A stretch of 63,982 bases of DNA, the filler included, from Collodictyon triciliatum (Eukaryota), in the NCBI GenBank assembly GCA_043381765.1. It is 5 parts of 5 records of this genome, joined end to end, with 100 filler letters (N's around TTAATTAATTAA, not from the genome) between each part and the next. Parts side by side here need not be neighbours in the genome. Positions count along the whole stretch, not along the records: positions 1 to 13,699 come from JBHJMP010001940.1; positions 13,800 to 27,493 come from JBHJMP010001941.1; positions 27,594 to 41,281 come from JBHJMP010001942.1; 2 more parts are not named here. One strand, written 5' to 3'. Of this stretch, positions 11,515 to 31,910 are shown one piece after another (position 1 is the stretch's first letter; every line of letters starts with the position of its first letter). The position numbers and the translations under genes were made by a program. The notes under the pieces are model-generated. The model was not told where the DNA came from. It did no database searches and saw only the letters and a list, made by a program, of their open reading frames with translations.

Positions 11515-13285
11515 TCACTCCTTTTTTGGCGAAGCGGAAGCCGATGCTCGCGGCATTTTTGAGGGGCCTGCAAATCACATTAAAGAAATGAGGGCCCATA
11601 GTCTGCGATTTTCTTTAATTCCATCAATAAAATGTTAACCCTGAAAAGAAAAAGTAACTCCAAAAGAAAGTAACCTGCTCCGTCTGAATCGTCAGTCTTA
11701 TCTTTGAACTGACTCACAGCATATGCGGCCCCAAGGCATTGCGAATTATCCTCTGCGGTGGAGCATTTTTTTCCAAAGAAGCTGTCAGCATCCATCTTTT
11801 TACTAATGACAGAGTTGTTAATCTTAATTAGCGCGATGGATTTAATTGTGTTATATTCACGAATAAATAAAGACTGGGCATGGATAAGCTGTTGAATTTT
11901 TTGATCTCAAATACATATCGAACCCTTGCTCAAAAGCGTCCAAGTACCCCGTAATAGTTCTAGTCTTCATTCCCGTTTTCTATAGAGGGGTTTTACAAAG
12001 CTATTTTTGAGAAATGAACTTTCGAAATTCCACCACCACCATCACCTCCAACTATTGGAGACAAATAATCATGATGTGACCGAGTAAAGAGGTGCGATTA
12101 TGATGGTATTTGGGAACGAATTCCGCTGTCATGAGAGAAGATGAAATGAAAGAAAATGACCTGCTCAATCACAGAGGGAGCTGCTTGGTGATATATATGC
12201 ATCCCGATGGCAATAAGTTGCCTTCCTTTCTTGATGGCATCAGGCTTCGATATGAAGCGATATCCGCGCCCGATATAGGAGCAATAATCAAAGCTTGATC
12301 CAGTCTTTTCAAATGTTTCTGTTTCGCTATTTCGGTTTATATATATCAGTCTTAATGAGTAAAGGAATTATTAACTCTTGATGAATAATGTTTTTGGTTT
12401 TTTGGTTTTTTTTTTGTAATGGTTTTGGAATTGAATAATGCGAAGTCGTCCATGACATCGAGTAAAATCTTTTCATGTACGTAATTATGTGGAACTATTC
12501 CTATGCCATGAGAATCAGACGTTTTTCTTTTTCTCTGTGGAGAACTTGAGGACGATTCGGAATGGATACGACTTTTTGCAGGTAGGTTCAACCCCACACG
12601 TGGTCCAACAACAATATCGACTTTCGGTTTTTCCACTTTCAGAACTCGAATAACAAATTAAATGATAAAAAGAAAAAATTGCGTTAAAAATTGACTGATA
12701 CCCATTCAACAAAATTTAAAGCAAATCATCATTTTCCTATTTTAATATTGAAATACATTCTATGATATCGTTCATTACGAGAAACACTAGTCGCATAGTC
12801 CCATGTCGTGACGTATAGGAGGGGCGGCTCAGCCTTGTAAGGAGAGGGAAGTGGCATTTTCACTCCAAACTTTTCTCCGATATGGTTCCAAGTATCTGCA
12901 GGATACCAACACTGATTCGATCAAATCAGAATGGAAACATAATAATTGTAATGATTAGATATTGAAAAACAAAATGGTTATGATAATAACGAATGGTCCG
13001 TTGGAAATGTAAAATGAAAGGCTTATGGAGGCCATCGAAGTAGGATGGAAAATCATCACATTTATAATTAATGAAAAACATCGCATAAGGAAAAGTACCG
13101 GGGTTTCATCTCCACCTATGGCATCTACTAAATCCTTGACTTGTGTCATTTTGGTGAGCGATAGAATCTTGTCCACTGTGAGCGAAGGACCTTCAATGAT
13201 TTCTCCAGAACTTAGAACCTGAATAGCTCGAACAAGAATCCCTCCAAACTCGAGTGGGCCGCCATCACGGACATCACAACCTTCT
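11515..13285 (-). CDS. 3' part of an uncharacterised MPG/AAG (methylpurine glycosylase)-like protein; 5' exons lost at the contig end
   Basis: Exons read FGGILVRAIQ..IIEGPSLTVDKILSL, IVVGPRVGLNL, GYRFISKPDAIKKGRQL and TGMKTRTITGYLDAFEQG, ending SPKKE-TGA at 11515. The GxLxRA, GP and PRVG..YRF motifs resemble the MPG fold. Confidence 0.6.
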
Positions 13286-13699
13286 CTATCAAGAGTAACA
13301 TTGAAGGAAATGAATCTTTGTCAATTTATCTCCGACTTCCCGCATAATATGGACATTTCAATTCTTTGTTGGTCATATCACGACTAGTTTTTATTAAGAA
13401 TGTATTAAATTTATGTATTTCTCGAATCTTTTTTCTTTTTTTTCTTTTTTTCTTTTTTCTTTTTTCTTTTTTCTTTTTTCTTTTTTCTTTTTTCTTTTTT
13501 CTTTTTCTTTTTTTCTTTTTTTCTTTTTTTCTTTTTTTCTTTTTTTCTTTTTTTCTTTTTTTCTTTTTTTTCTTTTTTCTTTTTTCTTTTTTTCTTTTTT
13601 TCTTTTTTTCTTTTTTTTTTTTTCTTTTTTCTTTTTTCTTTTTTTCTTTTTTTCTTTTTTTCTTTTTTTCTTTTTTTCTTTTTTTCTTTTTTTCTTTTT

Positions 13700-13799
13700 N
13701 NNNNNNNNNNNNNNNNNNNNNNNNNNNNNNNNNNNNNNNNNNNTTAATTAATTAANNNNNNNNNNNNNNNNNNNNNNNNNNNNNNNNNNNNNNNNNNNN
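13700..13799. other. Artificial contig linker (N44-TTAATTAATTAA-N44)
   Basis: Six-frame-stop 12-mer at 13744-13755 inside an exactly 100-bp spacer. Confidence 0.97.
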
Positions 13800-14030
13800 A
13801 AAGAAAAAGAAAGAAAAAGAAAGAAAAAGAAAGAAAAAGAAAGAAAAAGAAAGAAAAAGAAAGAAAAAGAAAGAAAAAGAAAGAAAAAGAAAGAAAAACA
13901 GAAAAGAGAAAAGAGAAAAGAGAAAAAAGACTCATGTGACAGGGAATATTAACCGCACACACACACATCCTATCATATCATTCCTTTGTATTTTGGCTCA
14001 TATCGCTTGAGCGTGCGATTGCCGCCGAAA

Positions 14031-23018
<8,988 letters not shown>

Positions 23019-23865
23019 TCTCGTTGGTAGCGGTGGAGTCCTGCGCGATCGCCTTTGAGGTTGTTATGAGATTTAAGAAAAGCGGTGCGGAACGGCAAAG
23101 ACTTTGGTGTTGTTGTTGCGAGTAGTGAGAAGGAAGTGTTTAAAAGGAAGAGGACTTCCAGAAAGAAATACCGTTAAATAATTGTGGAAAATATGCTCTA
23201 TTATATATTTGAGGCAGCAGATAGTTTTTTGTAAATGCAAAATTGTAATTATGATTGCTTGTATATTTTCATGAAAATATACAATTGGTTTGGAATGTTT
23301 TCGCCCTACTAATGACAGCCGCGGAAAATCAAGAGTCGGACGCAGCTCGCAATAGAATGATGCAGCACAGAACCAACACACACGAAAATGATGTGACTCG
23401 AAGACTTGCTCAAAGAAAAAGAAAGGCAATCAATGCAAGGTAAAGAGCCGTCAAAATGGGCTCAAAACTTGGAGTCTTTGTCAACCAGTTAGACGGGTTG
23501 TTTAGTAATCAGGTCGCGAGCATTAACGGCATTGGAATATTGGGATGTTTGAAAGGAAAAGATAGGAGGAAGCAATCCATTAGACGATAGATGTGAAGGC
23601 CGCAACAAACAACCTTAAATCAATCTCACGAGCCATGTATGAAAAGACACCAAATAAATCATGCCACAAAATAAATAGTTAAAATAATACGTAATAAAAA
23701 ATGGGATGGTAGTCTAGCCCAAGTTGCCCATGTTTTATCATGATGGAACACGAACGAGCGATGTGAGAAAGAAAATTGACACTGAACGCTCGAGGCCATC
23801 GTGGTGGAAAGTCCTCATATCTGGGGATGGATCTTTCGTTGATATGTCAGCACAGTTCACCAAGT

Positions 23866-24420
23866 AAAACACCGACATAAAAAACACCGACATAAAAAAC
23901 ACCGACATAAAAAACACCGACATAAAAAACACCGACATAAAACACCGACATAAAACACCCACATAAAAAACACCGACATAAAACACCGACATAAAACACC
24001 GACATAAAACACCGACATAAAACACCGACATAAAACACCGACATAAAACACCGACATATAAACACCAACATATAAACACCGACATATAAACAGCGACATA
24101 TAAACACCGACATATAAACAGCGACATAAAAAACCCACATAAAAAACCCACATAAAAAACAGCGACATAAAAAACAGCGACATAAAAAACAGCGACATAA
24201 AAAACAGCGACATAAAAAACAGCGACATAAAAAACAGCGACATAAAAAACAGCGACATAAAACACACCGACATAAAACACACCGACATAAAACACACCGA
24301 CATAAAACACACCGACATAAAACACACCGACATAAAACACCCACATAAAAAACCCACATAAAAAACCCACATAAAAAACCCACATAAAACACCGACACAA
24401 AAACAGCGACACAAAAAACC
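23866..24420. repeat. Minisatellite of roughly 40 units of 13-15 bp (core CCGACAT/GCGACAT/CCCACAT plus an A-run)
   Basis: Homogeneous sub-blocks CCGACATAAAAAACA, CCGACATAAAACA, CCGACATATAAACA, GCGACATAAAAAACA and CCGACATAAAACACA. Ends about 14 bp before the ATG at 24434. Confidence 0.95.
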
Positions 24421-24433
24421 AGAAGCAGCCGGC

Positions 24434-26855
24434 ATGGGCAACGCATCGTCTGAGCTGCTCTTCACGGCGATCACGGGCAACCAGGTGCAGACGATCCGGG
24501 ACCTTCTCGCCAGCGGACAAGCCAGCGCAAACGCCCGCGACTTTTTCGAATGCCCCGCGCTTCTGCACGCGTGCGGCGCCACCGACGGCCGCGTCCGCCT
24601 GGGCTGCGTGGCTGCGCTGCTTCAAAGCGGGGCCGATCCGCACGTCCCGCATCCAACCACGGGCTTCACAGCCGTCCACTACGCCGCACGCATGGCCGAT
24701 CCGCGGCTCCTGCGCCTGCTCCTTGTGCTGCAGCGCCCGCATCCAAACAGCCCGCCTGCGCTGAATCCGGATCCAAAAAACCCGCCTGCGCAGGGCCTGA
24801 GCCTCCCGCCGCCGCCCATCGACCTGTGCATCCGGACCAGCGACAGCCGGGGCGACACGCCGCTGCATCTTGCGGCAGCCCGTGCAATCCCGAGCCTCCC
24901 AATCCTGCGTCTGCTGCTAATCCACGGCGCGGATCCGGACGCCCGCAACCGCCTCGGCCTGGTGCCGCCCATCCCGCAAGCGCTGCTGGCCCACATCCGC
25001 GCCATGGCCCATGATCCGGCCGATGATCTGCAGCCCTTGGATCCCCGCGATACCGCCGCCATCTATAACCCGGAGGACTCCTTTGATCCAGAGAATGATC
25101 CTGATCTGCAGGTCTTCTTCCCGTCCCTGCCGCTTCATCGCAAGGCACCGCTAGAGCCCGGCAAGGAGTTGCCACTCGAGCCCGACCCTCCCGTCGCATC
25201 TGCAGTGGCGCTCATCGGGGATCACGCGGGTGATGCGGATCCGTCCGTGTCTGAGGATGGCGTGGATCAGAAGAAAGAAAGCCAGGCTGAGTGCGATTCG
25301 GAGTCTCTGGCTCGTGGCAGCCTCGACATCAAGGAGCGCATGTTGGCCGGGTCGCACGTCCATGTGGAGCTGACACCGGACCATGAGTTTGACTCTGACC
25401 TGGACCAGTTCATCAAGGACGCCTTCATGATTGCTCCGCGGCCGGCTCAGCCGCACTTGCTCGGCGATCAGGTGGGCGAGTGTGAGCCGGGACGTGTGGC
25501 AGAAGACGCCTCGTTGGATCAGGCGCCAGCTGCTGTGGATGAAACTGCGCGGCTTGAACCTGCAAAAGTTTGTGACGAGGTCGATGTCTTTGAAAAGGAG
25601 ATTGAGGAGTTTGAGAGGGAAATGCAAGAGCTGCGCTCAAAGGGCTATTCTGTGGGCCACGTGGTGCCTGTCACTCCATTGGACTTGAGCGAGTCGCAAG
25701 ACCTTCTCTTGTTGAGCACACCCATGTCTCGTCAGGCGGATAAGCCTGATCCGGTCTCCAGTCTTGTCATTGCTGCGTTGCCGGCATCATGGCAAAACTC
25801 GCCCCTGATTCAACGCAATCTTCGCTTCTTCCAGGCAAACTATCTGATTGGCGTCTCTGTTGTTCTGTTCTTTTGCTTGTAAGTGAAGTCCTGCAGGAGA
25901 TGTGCGCAGTAATAGAATAAGATTACTCTGTATATTGCTTTAATCGCTTTCGTTTTTAAGTTAACCACAGGCATATTCATCTCCAATCGTATCTTTTTCG
26001 CTCTTTGTCATTATTGTAGTTTTTTCTTCTCCTCCTACCGGTTGCATAAGATAACCTACTCTTATTTCAGTATCATTAATCCGTGGCTGATTCTCGGATT
26101 GCTGTTCTTGAGCGCTCTATGGCTCTGGGTCATTGTGAATCAGAGAAGACGAGTCACCATGGGCACAGAGAGGGCACAGGAAACAGCAGCAAATGTATTT
26201 TTAATTGCAGGTATGTGCAATTAAATTGCACCCTTTTTTCTTTTTTTTTATCCTACTCTCATATGATTCTTCATTCTGTTTGCACACACGATTATTTTCT
26301 CTTACAAACAAATGCCACATTCGAGGAAATTATATACAAGGACGATTCATTATTTTTCCTGTGGTTGTTCCATTCATTTTCCTTCTTTATTTTTCTCCTT
26401 TATCCTCTTAACCTTAATTGTCAAACACCCAGTCACCGCGCTGGTTCTTGTTTTCTTCGCCGCTGACCCAATTATATTCTGGTTGATGATGGGCGTATTT
26501 TCCCGTAAGATATTTCCATGTTGCCATTTTCCATGCATGTTCATTTCTTTTACGCAATTTCGAGTATGCCTACAGAAAGAAGACAGATAACCAACATATG
26601 CGCCCACATATTGCGCTTGTGTATATTACCTTTTTGTTTGTTTTTCTCTCTCGGCTCTGAATGACCTACACAGCTCCTCTTGTGAAAACAAATACATATT
26701 TCCCTAAATGCACATCCACCTCTTTTTCCTTTTCCTCTTCCTTCCTAATTTTCATTTTTTTTTTTTTTTTTTTTTTCACAATCCGATTCCATTACAACAT
26801 CACCACCGCAGTTGTGGCAATCCACGCGCTCATCTACGTGCCGACCGACCGGTGA
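24434..26855 (+). CDS. Ankyrin-repeat protein fused to a C-terminal PRA1 (prenylated Rab acceptor)-like membrane domain
   Basis: Starts MGNASS. Ankyrin motifs TGFTAVHYAA and RGDTPLHLAA..LLLIHGADPDARN, then an acidic linker. Then IQRNLRFFQANYLIGVSVVLFFCL and later exons IINPWLILGLLFLSALWLWVIV, VTALVLVFFAADPIIFWLMMG and VVAIHALIYVPTDR-TGA (PRA1 NL.YF..NY...HA pattern). Confidence 0.8.
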
Positions 26856-27449
26856 GATTCAGGGCAGAGTGTATTCTACCCTCGTACAACGAATATAGGC
26901 ATATTTGGAAATAGAGAAAGGAAACACTCGGCAACTAATCGATGGTGTTTCATAACCTGTAATGGACTTTACTGACAGCGCAAATCAAAGTAAATCACAA
27001 GCGTCTCGGTCGATGTGATCGGCGCGATTCGATAGGAATCGAAAGCTCGAACAAAGGGTAAATGAAAAGAAAAACAAATAAAAAACAAAAACCAAGAGAA
27101 AAAAATACGTAGAGTTTGGTGGATTCCATGATGAAGACCAGTCGTGCGATCATAACAGCAAATACTCGTCTTTTGCATGTTCCTTTGCGTGTTGTCTCTT
27201 TCCCCAACCAGCCAGAAGTCGCCCGGCTTTCAACAGCTCCTCCGCAAGGACAGGATTTCCCAGGGCTTCTCAAATGGCTTCAAAGGTTCGCTCCTAATGT
27301 GCAAGCGCCTCTTTGGTAGCAGAAAAGTCGACAGATTTCTATTTTTCTCTTTCTTTCTTTCTTTTCTTTTCTTTCTTTCTTTCTTTTCTTTCTTTTCTTT
27401 CTTTTCTTTCTTTTCTTTCTTTTCTTTCTTTTCTTTCTTTTCTTTCTTT

Positions 27450-27493
<44 letters not shown>

Positions 27494-27593
27494 NNNNNNN
27501 NNNNNNNNNNNNNNNNNNNNNNNNNNNNNNNNNNNNNTTAATTAATTAANNNNNNNNNNNNNNNNNNNNNNNNNNNNNNNNNNNNNNNNNNNN
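27494..27593. other. Artificial contig linker
   Basis: N44-TTAATTAATTAA-N44. Confidence 0.97.
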
Positions 27594-27594
27594 C

Positions 27595-27807
27595 GTGCAA
27601 TACAGCTTCCTGAACAGTCTGCTGAAACACGCTCGCATTCTTCGCTACTCTGACCGCAAGCGAAGAGAGATGTGGGAATGTGTCGTGCGATATCTCCCGC
27701 AGCATATCCAACCCCTGCTACCCACGCAACCAATCAACCAGCTGGGACGCCCACCTGACCAACTCGCTATCACTGATTTCTTTCCTGTGCTACCCTCTCC
27801 ACGGTAG
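27595..27807 (+). CDS. 3' end of a truncated ORF with a C-terminal PIP-box-like motif; possibly a retroelement ORF end
   Basis: Open from the contig start to TAG at 27807; ends GRPPDQLAITDFFPVLPSPR (QxxIxxFF). Confidence 0.35.
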   Translation: MQYSFLNSLLKHARILRYSDRKRREMWECVVRYLPQHIQPLLPTQPINQLGRPPDQLAITDFFPVLPSPR

Positions 27808-28062
27808 TGTCTTCCCCACTCGCGTTTGCTCTCTACGCCCTAACTAATGTCGACTTACACTTCGCCCATAAACACTTCTTCACAATTCCCACCATTCAAT
27901 TTTGACATATCACATTTAGACCACATAGCCTGTCATCTTGTCCCTCTGAACGCCATTCACACAAACAAACAAAAGAGCTCTCATCGAACAGCCAAGAACA
28001 CCACGAACACTTTCGACCTAGACCTGACACACGCACACACATACATCTTGAAGCCCGCTGCC

Positions 28063-28830
28063 ATGACAGACAGAGCAGAGCGCATCGAAGCACTGAGTAA
28101 ATTATATCCGGATTTTGCTTCGGATGAGCAGCCATTGGAATCCTGCTTCTACTTGTCTGTCAGTCACAGGGATCTGACATCGCTGCCGCCAGGCGTGTGG
28201 GATTTATCGCAACTGAACAAGCTGGCGGCCTGGAGCAACAAGATGACGTCGCTGCCGCTTGAGATCTCGGAGCTGACGAGGCTGGAGTGGCTTAATGTCA
28301 GCGACAACCAAATATCGACTCTGTTGCCGGAAATCGCGATGCTGACAAGACTCACTTGTCTGAGCCTCAGCAGCAACAAGCTGACGTCGCTGCCGCCAGA
28401 GATCGGGTTGCTTGTCAGGCTGAAGCATGCAGCCTTTCACGATAACAGGCTGACAACACTACCGTCTGAAGTTTCAAAGCTGTCGAGTTTGAATCATATG
28501 TCTTTATACAACAACCCGGTATTGTTTTCTTTCCTTTGTTAACTTTATTCGGTATTTCTTAAATCATATTAAAGCAACAAGAAAGATTTTTTTCTTCCCG
28601 TCATCGCCATGGGTTTCTTTATCTATAAATCTCGCTGATAACAAGCAATATGTGCGCAGATGGAAGAGCTCCCGTCGCAGATCACCGCGCTCACGAATCT
28701 GAGTAACCTTCTCATAGCGAATGGAGGGATAGAGGCGAGTATAAAAAAGGCGCCTCGAGGATTCACCAAACTACCCTGCTGGACAAACAGCAGATATTCT
28801 TTCCGCGCGCTAGAATTCTATGATGAATAA
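28063..28830 (+). CDS. Leucine-rich repeat protein (23-aa repeats), two exons
   Basis: Repeats of LxxLxLxxNxLTSLPPEI. Intron from about 28519 to 28659; exon 2 MEELPSQITALTNLSNLLI continues the repeat in frame to TAA at 28830. Confidence 0.8.
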
Positions 28831-29335
28831 TAGTATAAGCAGTCAGAAATAAAAGCCGCATTTCCCGTAAGGAAGTGCCTTTCTGCCCTTTATAAAATCC
28901 TCGCCAGGCACGCACCAGGTGTTTGCTGCCCATGACTCTCCGAAGTATTAAACTTGGTTGAAGAGTGGAGCTTTCCACACTGCTCAGACACCTGACTTAC
29001 ATATTCACCAGAATCATCTACTATTTTCCTTCTTTAGTATGGGTTTATTGATAAAAAAGCTGAGGAAACCGCCTACGCCTCGAGGACAAAGTGAATCAAC
29101 TCCAACGCGATTTCTGGTTGAGTTCGAGACTGACGGAAGAGCGGATAAAGTTGTCGGGTCGATGAAAGTACGCACATGGCTGTTACTTCGAAAATCGTTT
29201 CCGACGAGTCCTTTCAACCATCTATCTCAGACAAGATTTACATCCTATTTCTTTCCACAGGATGAGTCTTTTGAGGGGACAACGGGTCGCTTTCCTTGCG
29301 TTTCTTGCTGGGCGACTCAGACAAAAAGCGAAACA

Positions 29336-30211
29336 TCATTGTTTGTCTGGTATTTCGGAAGTGGCGCTTGACCGTCCCCTGGTTTCGGAACCATGCGTAG
29401 CCGGCAGTGGACTTTGCTTAACCGGAGTATGGACATGCGTTTGTGGTTTCAGAAACACACGCTCCTGCTTGCTCGGACTGTCCTTGGTGTGTGAAGTTCC
29501 GAGCTTGGATTCGACTTGTGCTGTTTGCTCTTGCTCCTTGGTTCTCGGTGCGACGGGCTGGGGCAGCATAAACGGACTATATTTGGTGGGCGCTGGTTCT
29601 TGTGTTGCCTTCGATTTGGAGTATTCTTTCGGATAAGTAACGAAGACTGCCTTGAGGCCTCCTATGTTAACCATATTCATGTCAATATGAAAAGGAAGTT
29701 TAAGGGGGGATTTCTTTCGGGGTTTGGAGATGGGCTGCTCTTGGGTCTTGCGATGTGTGGGCCTGTCCGGTGTTGGCGGTGGAGGGCTCGAGTGCGAGGA
29801 TTCTGAAGAGGAACTGAGATTTCCTTCCATGTCATCGTCGCTGTCGCTGCATGCGCGTATCTGCTGTGAGTCTTGCGGGCTCAGTTGTTGCCTGGCCTTG
29901 GCTTCCTTGACTCCGCTGCTGCTTGTCTGCTTGGCAGGTGTATTCTTTTGCGGGGCTTTTACTTGTCGTTCGTTGTTCGTGGCTGGCGGACGCTCTTTGA
30001 GGATGCGCTTTGGATACTTTTTTCCCGTGACCGTAAACTTTGCAAGGAGCTGGTTCTTATGACAAAGAAGCTTCACCACGGCCGTGTCTGTGAAGAAGCC
30101 TTTGTCCTTTTTGATGTGTCCACGTGGGTCGGTCTGAATGGCTTCAGTTCCTCGCGAAGGAGTTGCGGCCACACGTCCAGTGGCAGCGAACGAAGAAAGG
30201 TTAAGTTTCAT
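29336..30211 (-). CDS. Intronless 291-aa low-complexity basic/Ser-Pro-rich hypothetical protein
   Basis: ATG-initiated ORF with exon-like GC content; no recognisable domain. Confidence 0.5.
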   Translation of the reverse strand: MKLNLSSFAATGRVAATPSRGTEAIQTDPRGHIKKDKGFFTDTAVVKLLCHKNQLLAKFTVTGKKYPKRILKERPPATNNERQVKAPQKNTPAKQTSSSGVKEAKARQQLSPQDSQQIRACSDSDDDMEGNLSSSSESSHSSPPPPTPDRPTHRKTQEQPISKPRKKSPLKLPFHIDMNMVNIGGLKAVFVTYPKEYSKSKATQEPAPTKYSPFMLPQPVAPRTKEQEQTAQVESKLGTSHTKDSPSKQERVFLKPQTHVHTPVKQSPLPATHGSETRGRSSATSEIPDKQ

Positions 30212-30338
30212 AAAAAACCACTCAAGACCCTGTGTCGGTGCTCGCTCGTAAGGTTATTTCTCCTCATTCCAATTTATATTTCGATTAAGGTAACAGCACT
30301 CACATAGGTGAGGGACGAAAGTGGGATAAGGCTCAGCA

Positions 30339-30801
30339 TTATTCATGTCGCAAGTCGCAGAAATCCTCCAATGGAAGCTCCTTGAGGGCGAGGAGAAGCC
30401 GCTGCTGCACAAGCCGCACAACAACAGGAAAGACTCGACCGTGGCTCGGGCCCAGCGCATACTTGATTGTTCGTGTGGCAAGAACCAGCCATCCGAGGAT
30501 AGCCAGGGGCGTCAGAACAAGTCCGAGATTTGACGCTAAAGCAGCAACAAGAGGGTAGCCCGCCTCTCCAATTACCGTAAGCGTAAAGACCAGTGCCTAT
30601 AGATGCCGTGGAGCGTTATATTTTTGTGATTCAGGAGCTTTATACAATTGCATTTGACTCACAGAAAACGGGCCCACGCCAGATATCTGCTTAGCTACTT
30701 GCACCCCAAGGTTGATGACAGTTTCATCCCTGTCAATCACAAGGAGTCAGCTGATATTTCTCAATCTCATAAAGAAAAAGACAACGAAAAACAAAAAAAA
30801 A

Positions 30802-30864
<63 letters not shown>

Positions 30865-31874
30865 AAAAAACAAAAAAAAACAAAAAACAAAAAACAAAAA
30901 AACAAAAAACAAAAAAACAAAAAAACAAAAAAACGAAAAAAACAAAAACAAAAAAAAACGAAAAATGAACACGAAAACAAAATAAAAACAAAAATAAAAA
31001 GGAAAGATTTCCATGTGCCTCTCTCTTCAGTCTGGCTACTTTTTTAAATAAAAAATTGCTGATCGTTCTTTTTTCAATCAGATTTGATAGACGATAGACA
31101 AACCTGACTCCAGCATTTTGCAAGAGAACAGCAGCACGCATCCCGTCTTCACTGTTTCGCTCATCTATGAGATCTACAAACGAACCGTTTCTTTGTCAGT
31201 TGTTGCGGCGTGGAGATTCGGAAATGGGGGTTTACAAATATGAGGTATCTATGTAAGATCGTTTTATTTCTGCAAGAAGTATACACCAAAGAAAAACAAT
31301 ATTATCATCATATCGGCCACTGAAAGTACACTTTTAATATTCATTTGGGATTCTTTCACGGTTAAATTAGTTCCTTGACCTTGTCTTTGTTTGTCAGTCA
31401 TGCTTCTCCATTGTAATTGTGCGATGCGCCGAAGGAATTCTGCTTCGATGCTAAATATTTCGTCAGAGACTCCAGTCACAGATGCCATAAGAGCGTCCTA
31501 AATTGAAGAATCAGCGAGACTGTTTTACTGATAAAGGTTGCATTTTTTCTCTCACGTGGTGATTAGGCCAATCCATTCATCAAATGTGATACGAGCATAT
31601 TGTCTAAGTCATCCATCGTGGACGTGTTACGCATTACCCGATTGCTTAAGTCTGGGGATTCAGCCTTTTGGAAAATCTCAGCCAGTAACCTTCGAAGGAT
31701 TGAATACCTATTTTTTCTCGTGAAAATCAACATACTCTTACAACGCAACACATCAGCACATCTTTGTTCCCATGACGAAATGCAAAACCCTTTGATGCCA
31801 GAGTCACCGATAGGTCGGCAATTTCAAACTTGGTGTGCATTTTTTCTTCAATTTGCCAGGGAGTACTGACTCGA

Positions 31875-31910
<36 letters not shown>

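Noticed and set aside
13744-13755. Recurrent palindrome TTAATTAATTAA as a biological site
   Set aside because: Always centred in a 100-bp N spacer; it is an assembly linker with stops in all six frames.
23866-24420. CRISPR-like array
   Set aside because: Units are 13-15 bp with no unique spacers, there are no cas genes, and the context is eukaryotic.
27147-27270. Possible terminal exon on the minus strand (ALGNPVLAEELLKAGRLLAGWGKRQHAKEHAKDEYLLL)
   Set aside because: Short, at a contig end and with no recognisable homology; cannot be supported.
30254-30481. ORF-track 75-aa peptide MPHEQSS...
   Set aside because: Wrong frame; the overlapping frame gives the YaaW-like last exon.
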